Below, piece by piece: positions 56,342 to 62,800 of a DNA stretch of 62,800 nt. This DNA comes from Promethearchaeia archaeon (GTDB lineage: Archaea; Asgardarchaeota; Lokiarchaeia; Sigyniarchaeales; SOKP01): contig JAHQWH010000012.1 of assembly GCA_029856105.1 (NCBI GenBank), forward strand, positions 1-62,800, read 5' to 3'. Position numbers and translations under genes: made by a program. How positions within the stretch are numbered: the stretch's first letter is position 1; each line of letters begins with the position of its first letter. Under the pieces are notes generated by a model that worked only from the letters and a program-made list of their open reading frames with translations, had not been told where the DNA came from and searched no databases.

Positions 56342-57949
56342 TTAGTGTCGAAAAACCCTTTTACCACAAAAGACTAAAGCGCAATCTAATTCATCGGCTC
56401 GTTTAATAACCATCTCATCCCGTATAGATCCACCTGGATTGATTATAGCTTTCGCCCCTACATCTACTGCAGCTTCTAAACCATCTGGAAAAGGAAAGAA
56501 TGAATCTGTTCCCATATAAGAATTCTTTAATTCCTCTTGGTGACCAAACTCCTTTGCTTTTTGGGCTGCTAATTTAACCACATGTACTCTACTTTGTTGT
56601 CCTGCTCCTATTCCTATGGTATTAATACCATTGTTATATATTTGAACAAAACAAGCAGAATTAGATTTTACCCATTTTGAAACTTTATAAGCAAAGATTA
56701 GAGCCTCTTTTTCAACTTCAGTTACTTGTTTTTTACTAACTACATTCCATTCCTTAATAATAGGCTTACAATCGTATTCTTGGACAAGAACTCCTCCCAG
56801 TACTCCTCTAATTTCGGGATTTATATATATTTCTTCTCTTTTATCTAAAAAATCGCCATATTCTATGATTCTCATGTTTTCCTTTTGTTTGAGTATTTCA
56901 AGTGCTTCTTGTTCGAAAGAGGGCGCTAGTAAAACCTCCACAAAGATCTTTTCTTTATTTACAATAAAATCAGCTACATTTGCAGTTAATTCTTTGTTTA
57001 CACCCCATATTCCTCCAAAAGCGGACATTGGATCTGTATTAAATGCTTTTTTAACAGATTCTAATTGTTCTGTCTTATCAATAGCTATCCCATTGGGGCT
57101 GGTATGTTTCAATATCGCTGTAAGATAATCCTCCTTACTAAAATCTAGAAGCATTTGCATACAAGAATCTATATCGAGATAATTGTTAAATGAGATTTCC
57201 TTGCCGCTCAATTTTTTTAAATTATGAAGGCCATACATCGAAGTTGCATCTCGATAATAAGCGGCTTTTTGGTCCCAGTTCTCTCCATACCTGCAATCCT
57301 GTAATTTATCATATATTTTAATCAATTTATTTCCCAATTTAACTTCTGGATTATAATAATTTTGGAGATAACTTGCAATTGCTGCGTTGTAATCGGCCAT
57401 TATGACAAATACTTCTTGAGCTAATTTCGCTCTAGTTTTATCGCTCACTCCTCCTAATTTCTTTAATTCTCCGATTATAGTGCTATAATGTTTAGAATTA
57501 GGTATAACTACGACGTCAGGAAAGCTTTTTGCCGCTGCCCTTATCATTGTAGGACCGCCAATATCGATCATTTCTAAAGCATCAACTAAAGTAATATTTG
57601 GTTTTGCAACTGCCTCTTTAAATTGATATAAATTACAAACTACCATATCTATTGGTGGGATATCGTATTTTACGGCATCCTCTGAATCTTTTTTAATACC
57701 ACGGCGATAGAGGATTCCTCCTTCAATTTTAGGGTGCAAAGTCTTAACTCTTCCATCAAACATTTCGGGAGAGCCAGTATAGTCAGATATTTTTACGAAA
57801 TCAATGCCATTCTCCTTTAAAAGCCTCCCAGTTCCACCGGTTGATAAGATTTCAATTCCAAGTTCGCTTAACGACCTTACAAACTCAACTACGCCGCTTT
57901 TGTCAAAAACGGAGATTATAGCTCTTCTAATCTCTTTCTTATTTTTCAT
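56342..57949 (-). CDS. purH: Bifunctional AICAR transformylase/IMP cyclohydrolase
   Basis: ISVFDKSG, STGGT, GRVKTLHP, IDIGGPTMIRAAAK, RYGEN, KSN, GAGQQSR, DSFFPFPDG, PGGSIRD. Confidence 0.97.
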   Translation of the reverse strand: MKNKKEIRRAIISVFDKSGVVEFVRSLSELGIEILSTGGTGRLLKENGIDFVKISDYTGSPEMFDGRVKTLHPKIEGGILYRRGIKKDSEDAVKYDIPPIDMVVCNLYQFKEAVAKPNITLVDALEMIDIGGPTMIRAAAKSFPDVVVIPNSKHYSTIIGELKKLGGVSDKTRAKLAQEVFVIMADYNAAIASYLQNYYNPEVKLGNKLIKIYDKLQDCRYGENWDQKAAYYRDATSMYGLHNLKKLSGKEISFNNYLDIDSCMQMLLDFSKEDYLTAILKHTSPNGIAIDKTEQLESVKKAFNTDPMSAFGGIWGVNKELTANVADFIVNKEKIFVEVLLAPSFEQEALEILKQKENMRIIEYGDFLDKREEIYINPEIRGVLGGVLVQEYDCKPIIKEWNVVSKKQVTEVEKEALIFAYKVSKWVKSNSACFVQIYNNGINTIGIGAGQQSRVHVVKLAAQKAKEFGHQEELKNSYMGTDSFFPFPDGLEAAVDVGAKAIINPGGSIRDEMVIKRADELDCALVFCGKRVFRH

Positions 57950-58103
57950 AATTACTCAATTTTTTTTTAATCAAGATAATAAAATCAATATGAATATTTC
58001 AAAATAACATCTAATGTCGTTTAAAGTTAATTAATTGGCGTTTAATAAAATTTATCTTTGAAAGTCCTTTAATTTATGGAAGGTAAGAAAGAAAAACAAA
58101 ATT

Positions 58104-59573
58104 TTAGTACCTGCTGAGTAAGTCATGGGGGCGAGATTCTCTCTGACCAACATAGGAAACTACACCAATCTTTGCCTTTTTCATTTCGGTTATTCTTTTG
58201 GCTCCAGCATATATCATACCATTTAGAAGACCTTCTTTTAAGGTGAGTAATACGCCATCTATATCCCCAACAAAAGGAATATAATCGCTTACACCCTCTG
58301 GAAGCATTCTTGAACTTTCTGTGTACCGATCTGAAACATACCCAACAGTTCTTGCTTCTTTTGAGCCCATACCTCGATAAACTTTGACTTTTCTACCTTG
58401 AATTGTATCAACATATCCTGGGCTTTCTGTAGAACCAGCAAAGAAATGACCCGACATAATTAAATCAGCACCAACGGTTAACGACTTGGGTAAATCTCCT
58501 GGGTTTTTAAAGCCACCATCAGCGATTAAACTAATATTTGAACCATAATCCGCGATTGCGTCAGCTACTTGAGCAGTAGCAAAAAGAGTTGGCGCTCCAA
58601 CACCTGTTTGAATAGACGTAGTACAAATTGATCCTGAACCCATTCCAACCTTTAACCCTATAAATTTATCCTCATTAAAATCACACTTTGTAATTATATG
58701 TTCTGCCGCTTCATATGTTCCAATATTACCTAATACAAAGTTAGATTCTAACAAATCCATGAGTTTATTGGTACCATTGATATCTGCTGTCTTGTAAAAA
58801 TCTGCGACATCAATAAAAAATATATCAACATATTTGTCAATTTCTTTCAACATTTCTTGAGCCTGAGTTGATTCGGGGTATTTAGGTGATAAAGCTAAAG
58901 CGCATATTAAATGACCCTCGTTATCCATGGATGCTAAAGGAAATTCTGGTGCTAAATCCTTTTTTGTAATTAAACCCTTCAAATAACCGCTTTTATCAAT
59001 TATAGGAAGCTTTTCTTTACGGGATTCAAAGAGAATTTTTAGTGCTTTTTGCCGAGAGGCGCCAGGTTCAATAGAAATTACGCCTTTTGTCATATAATTC
59101 TTTATCTTGCCATTTTTTATATCGTTATCAGAAAAAGGGATATCTCTTTTAGTAAAAATCCCACAAACCTTTTTATCTTCGTCAACAACGACAATTCCAC
59201 TAATATTGTAATTTTCCATCATATACTTTGCTGTAGCAATAGGTTCGTTCGGAGTAATTGTAGCTACATCATCGATTACAAAAGACCTTGCTCTTTTTAC
59301 GATTCTTACCATCTCTAATTGTCTCTCATAGGTGCAATTACGATGTAAAACTCCTAACCCACCTAGTAAAGCCATTTTAATAGCCATTTCCTCTTCTGTA
59401 ACTGTGTCCATCGCGGCTGAAACTATCGGAATATTGAGTTTATGTGATCCTAGATGGGTTGATATATCAACTTCATTAGGTTCAAAATTAGTAAATCCTG
59501 GCTGAATGAGGATATCGTCGAAAGTAGCAATTAATTCTTTATAATGAACTTTATTGCGGTAATAATCTGTCAT
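58104..59573 (-). CDS. guaB: IMP dehydrogenase with CBS pair
   Basis: TFDD, SAAMDTVT, KVGMGSGSICTT, IADGG, YRGMGS and PEGV motifs. Confidence 0.95.
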   Translation of the reverse strand: MTDYYRNKVHYKELIATFDDILIQPGFTNFEPNEVDISTHLGSHKLNIPIVSAAMDTVTEEEMAIKMALLGGLGVLHRNCTYERQLEMVRIVKRARSFVIDDVATITPNEPIATAKYMMENYNISGIVVVDEDKKVCGIFTKRDIPFSDNDIKNGKIKNYMTKGVISIEPGASRQKALKILFESRKEKLPIIDKSGYLKGLITKKDLAPEFPLASMDNEGHLICALALSPKYPESTQAQEMLKEIDKYVDIFFIDVADFYKTADINGTNKLMDLLESNFVLGNIGTYEAAEHIITKCDFNEDKFIGLKVGMGSGSICTTSIQTGVGAPTLFATAQVADAIADYGSNISLIADGGFKNPGDLPKSLTVGADLIMSGHFFAGSTESPGYVDTIQGRKVKVYRGMGSKEARTVGYVSDRYTESSRMLPEGVSDYIPFVGDIDGVLLTLKEGLLNGMIYAGAKRITEMKKAKIGVVSYVGQRESRPHDLLSRY

Positions 59574-59757
59574 TTTTTTGCAAGGTTAAATATATGTTTT
59601 TATAATATATTTGATAAATATTATTTCTTATATTGAAATTTAAATATTTTTAATAAAGATCTGATTATAAGTTTTTAGGTATTAGTTTACGTAAAATATA
59701 TATTTTTTTAAAGAGATTGATTAAATTAGTGAAAATTAAATAATAGATTTTATCCAA

Positions 59758-60666
59758 TTACATACTAATTAGATTTTTTCTCGGTAAGTTTTTAATTCTT
59801 GGGTCGTTGATATATGAATCTAAAGTTTTTATAAAAATTTCTCGATCCTCCTTAATATTTGGAGTTTCAATTGAGCAATAATTACTTATATGATCGTTAA
59901 AAACCTGGGAATTAACATTTTCTCCAAGGTTTTCAATTATATCTCTTTCTTCTTTTAAACATTCAACGGGAGATAATAATTCAAATTCTCCGTTTTTCCA
60001 TTCCTTCCAAAGCGGAGTATTAGGTAATATATTTAAAGTTCTAAATCGAAAAATTGTGGGGTTAATTTCGGTTAACACTCTAGCAGTTCCTTTAACATGA
60101 TCTTCAGAGTACTTCTTTCCGCCCAAACCAAGCATAACATATAAACTTAATTTAATTCCAGAGTTTAACGCTTTTTTTCCTGCTTTAATCATTGATTCTG
60201 CGTTTGTGCCTTTTTTCATTATTCTTAAAATTTTACTGCTCCCACTCTCTAATCCCATGTAAACAATGTCTAATCCGGCCTCTGCCAATTGTTTAAGTTC
60301 CTCGTCTGTCTTCCTCAAAAGATCTAAGGCTTTAGCGTAGGAACTCACTCTTGGGACATTTTTTAGTCTTAATCGAACATATCTAATTATTTTAACTAAA
60401 TATTCAGTTGGGGCCGAAGTAGGATTCCCCCCAGCCAAAAAAACGGGATATCTATGATAATTTTTCTCGGCGTAATAATCAATTTCCTTTAGAACATCTT
60501 CTAGTGGTATAATTGCATAATCTTGAATGGTGCCATAAATACCTTTATATGTTCCACAAAATCGACAGCGATTCCAACTACAACCACCTGTTACGGCTAT
60601 GAGCACGCTATGCGCTTCTACTGGCGGTCTTATAATTATTTGACTCGGAGGGACTTTAGAAACCAT
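59758..60666 (-). CDS. Radical SAM protein
   Basis: IRPPVEAHS, CSWNRCRFC, YMGLESG, MLGLGG and DHISNY motifs. Confidence 0.9.
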   Translation of the reverse strand: MVSKVPPSQIIIRPPVEAHSVLIAVTGGCSWNRCRFCGTYKGIYGTIQDYAIIPLEDVLKEIDYYAEKNYHRYPVFLAGGNPTSAPTEYLVKIIRYVRLRLKNVPRVSSYAKALDLLRKTDEELKQLAEAGLDIVYMGLESGSSKILRIMKKGTNAESMIKAGKKALNSGIKLSLYVMLGLGGKKYSEDHVKGTARVLTEINPTIFRFRTLNILPNTPLWKEWKNGEFELLSPVECLKEERDIIENLGENVNSQVFNDHISNYCSIETPNIKEDREIFIKTLDSYINDPRIKNLPRKNLISM

Positions 60667-60851
60667 AACAATTCTACATTAATTAAATTTTTTGATCTTA
60701 ATTGCAAATTCAAATGCTAGTATGTTATTTTAAGCCTTTTTAGAATAAAGATTTAAGCTTTATATTTTTACAACAATTTCATAAATATTTTTTTTAATAG
60801 ATAATTTATAATTTTATACAAGTTTTATAATATCTAATCACACATGGTTTT

Positions 60852-61463
60852 TTGGTATTTAAATTGATAAGTACTAGTACCCAAAAGAAGGATGTTTTAT
60901 ATACCTGCAAAATTGTTATCGTTGGAGGGGCAAGTGTTGGAAAAACTTGTTTATTTAATCGATTTTGTTTTAATTCTTTCAATTTTGATTCTTCTATGAC
61001 AATAGGTCTAAACTTCCATTCAATTAATATACCAATTCGTAAAAAAGATGCTGTAAAGAGCTCAGGATTGGTCATCAATTCAATTTTCGATTTTGGCGGA
61101 CAGGACCGTTTTAAGCCCTTAATTCCTAAGTTTTTAGGAGGTGCTAACGGGGCTTTATTAATTTTTGACTTAACTAATCCTATATCATTTGAACAATTAA
61201 AATTCTGGTATGACCAATTACTAGAACACGCTGAAGGCTCAAAAATTCCTAAGATATTAGTAGGAAGTAAAAGTGATTTATTAGATTCATCCCCGAGAGA
61301 TAAGATTATCCAAGAAGAAGTTATAAAGGATTTTGTAAAAGAAAAGGAACTGGATGGATTTTTTAAAACATCAGCTTTAAAGAATCATAACGTGCTTGAA
61401 GTATTTAAAGAGCTAAATAATATGATATTAAGATATAACAATACTTCTTATGTCGTGTCTTAA
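60852..61463 (+). CDS. Rab-like small GTPase
   Basis: G1 GGASVGKT, G2 TIGLNF, G3 DFGGQDRF, G4 SKSD, G5 TSAL; no C-terminal Cys motif. Confidence 0.92.
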   Translation: MVFKLISTSTQKKDVLYTCKIVIVGGASVGKTCLFNRFCFNSFNFDSSMTIGLNFHSINIPIRKKDAVKSSGLVINSIFDFGGQDRFKPLIPKFLGGANGALLIFDLTNPISFEQLKFWYDQLLEHAEGSKIPKILVGSKSDLLDSSPRDKIIQEEVIKDFVKEKELDGFFKTSALKNHNVLEVFKELNNMILRYNNTSYVVS

Positions 61464-61480
61464 GAATAATTTTTGTTAAA

Positions 61481-62557
61481 TTAAAAAGTCCTCATAAATA
61501 TAAAATCGGAGAACTCACTAAAGAAAATCTTTTGATTTTTATTTAAATCTGGATAAATATCTTTAAGATGATCGTTTGCTTGACTAATCAAATTTTTAGA
61601 AAAGTGTTCCGCAATAATTATAGCATTAGTTTCAGCGAAAACATCCATCACTTGTTTAACATCGCTTTTATTCAACTCTTCTTCTTTACGGTAAATTTCG
61701 TTTAAAATTTTGGATTGTTCCTCGTCTGTATTTTGAACGGCTAATATGTAAACGATCTTTTTCTTCCTTGCTTTAATATCATCTTGCATGTCAAGTATAT
61801 CGTCCCGAATGGCAGACGCTTGGCCCATCAAGGCCATTGCTTTACTTAATGGATTTATCTGATAATGCATATTACCTTTAGCTAAGATTGCTCCAATTTT
61901 CGTTGATTTTTCCAATAAACTAGCTCTTTGCATTTCCGCGATGTTTAAATACTGTTCTAAAGACATAGTAATATTGTGATAGCTCATATATTCCTCAACT
62001 ATTTGCCCTTTCATTAAATTATCCATTGCCGAGGTGTATTCGTTTAGAGCTAATAACTTTAAATTTTCTGGAAATTTTGAGGCTTTTATGATGTCAAAAC
62101 CTAATAGATAGCCTTGCGTACCGCCTAATATGCTCATGTCTCTGCCATAATTGTTGGCTAATTCGTCTTTATGCGGAGTCTCTAAGTTCTTAAAAACTTT
62201 ATTTAATTCGTTTTTAAGTTGAACATGAAAAGTAGGTTTACCTCTTCTTTCGATATCACCATCCATAAGGTCGTCATGTATTATATGACCACTATGTAAC
62301 AACTCTACGGCCAGAGATACTTTCCTAATTTTATCTAGTTGATTATCCAAATAAAGAGGATTTACAATGCCAATAAACGCAGCGATTAACAAAATTGGAT
62401 GAAGTCGTTTCGCCTTTTTATTTAAAATAAATTCTTGAAGTTGTGTGAAAAAATCTTTTAGTAGAATTTCTTTCTCATTATTGTTCAAATACATAAAATA
62501 GGCTTCTAATTCTTTATCGATAGCAGCTTTCTCTACTTTTAGGAATTCTTCGATCAT
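61481..62557 (-). CDS. Polyprenyl diphosphate synthase family protein, divergent
   Basis: VELLH, FARM HDDLMDGDIERRG, KGQ and SARM RDDILD motifs. Confidence 0.88.
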   Translation of the reverse strand: MIEEFLKVEKAAIDKELEAYFMYLNNNEKEILLKDFFTQLQEFILNKKAKRLHPILLIAAFIGIVNPLYLDNQLDKIRKVSLAVELLHSGHIIHDDLMDGDIERRGKPTFHVQLKNELNKVFKNLETPHKDELANNYGRDMSILGGTQGYLLGFDIIKASKFPENLKLLALNEYTSAMDNLMKGQIVEEYMSYHNITMSLEQYLNIAEMQRASLLEKSTKIGAILAKGNMHYQINPLSKAMALMGQASAIRDDILDMQDDIKARKKKIVYILAVQNTDEEQSKILNEIYRKEEELNKSDVKQVMDVFAETNAIIIAEHFSKNLISQANDHLKDIYPDLNKNQKIFFSEFSDFIFMRTF

Positions 62558-62706
62558 TGTAAAATCACAAAATTTTCTTAAACAATTCGTATTAATATAG
62601 AATTAATAATAATATATCTTTTTGTGTGTTGTTAAACAACATTTTTATTATTATCTTTCCAATATTTCTTAAGCTCGTTAAAAATTATAAAAAGTGTGAT
62701 TAAAAA

Positions 62707-62800
62707 ATGCTTCTTGCCGTTGTGTCTGATTCACACGACAATCGAGAAAATATATTAAAAGCAGTTTCAATAATCAACGATAAAGGTGTGGATGCACTTA
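62707..62800 (+). CDS. YfcE/MJ0936-family metallophosphoesterase, runs off the window end
   Basis: Not in the ORF track; MLLAVVSDSHDNRENILKAVSIINDKGVDAL... with the SDxHxN motif. Confidence 0.8.
   Translation, partial: MLLAVVSDSHDNRENILKAVSIINDKGVDAL

Noticed and set aside
488-61078. Numerous 60-110 aa ORFs in the track that overlap longer genes (e.g. 488-709, 2427-2690, 3217-3438, 16414-17523, 22296-23197, 47301-47576, 60806-61078)
   Set aside because: They are antisense or alternate-frame shadows of well-supported genes, with Ser/Phe/Ile-rich composition and no motifs.
60852-62557. Rab-like GTPase next to a prenyl synthase (plus a prenyltransferase-repeat gene elsewhere) as a proto-prenylation system
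   Set aside because: The GTPase has no C-terminal cysteine (ends SYVVS), the genes are convergent, and the prenyltransferase-repeat protein appears extracellular and lacks the zinc motif.
1-62800. CRISPR arrays, tRNA/rRNA genes, transposases, integrases and known defence systems
   Set aside because: No regularly spaced repeats, no GC-rich structured RNA-like segments and no such protein motifs were seen by eye. Intergenic regions are short and AT-rich with poly-T tracts. A covariance-model search would be needed to exclude small ncRNAs.

Overview
AT-rich archaeal chromosomal DNA, very probably from an Asgard archaeon (Lokiarchaeia-like). It combines archaeal core genes (tRNA splicing endonuclease subunit, PINA ATPase, COG1202/ASH-Ski2 helicase, DRG GTPase) with eukaryotic-signature genes: a ubiquitin-like protein ending GG-S, an actin-related protein, two longin-like proteins, a Rab-like small GTPase and a SIRT6-like sirtuin. 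It also has a heliorhodopsin, metabolic genes (folD, purH, guaB, thrC-like, PfkB, GH20) and a Zn/Mn ABC locus with a DtxR-family regulator. I found no rRNA, tRNA, CRISPR array or mobile element. The most notable observations are: (1) an actin-family protein with a ~130-aa double zinc-ribbon insertion and substituted catalytic residues; (2) a class IV (SIRT6/7-type) sirtuin; (3) a degenerate DRG GTPase flanked by two longin genes; (4) a threonine-synthase/winged-helix fusion with a probable ATT start, next to an ECF S component; (5) a tandem TTACG-N6-CGTAA operator candidate; and (6) several gene remnants and small ORFs missing from the ORF track. All family calls come from motif recognition by eye; no database search was run.
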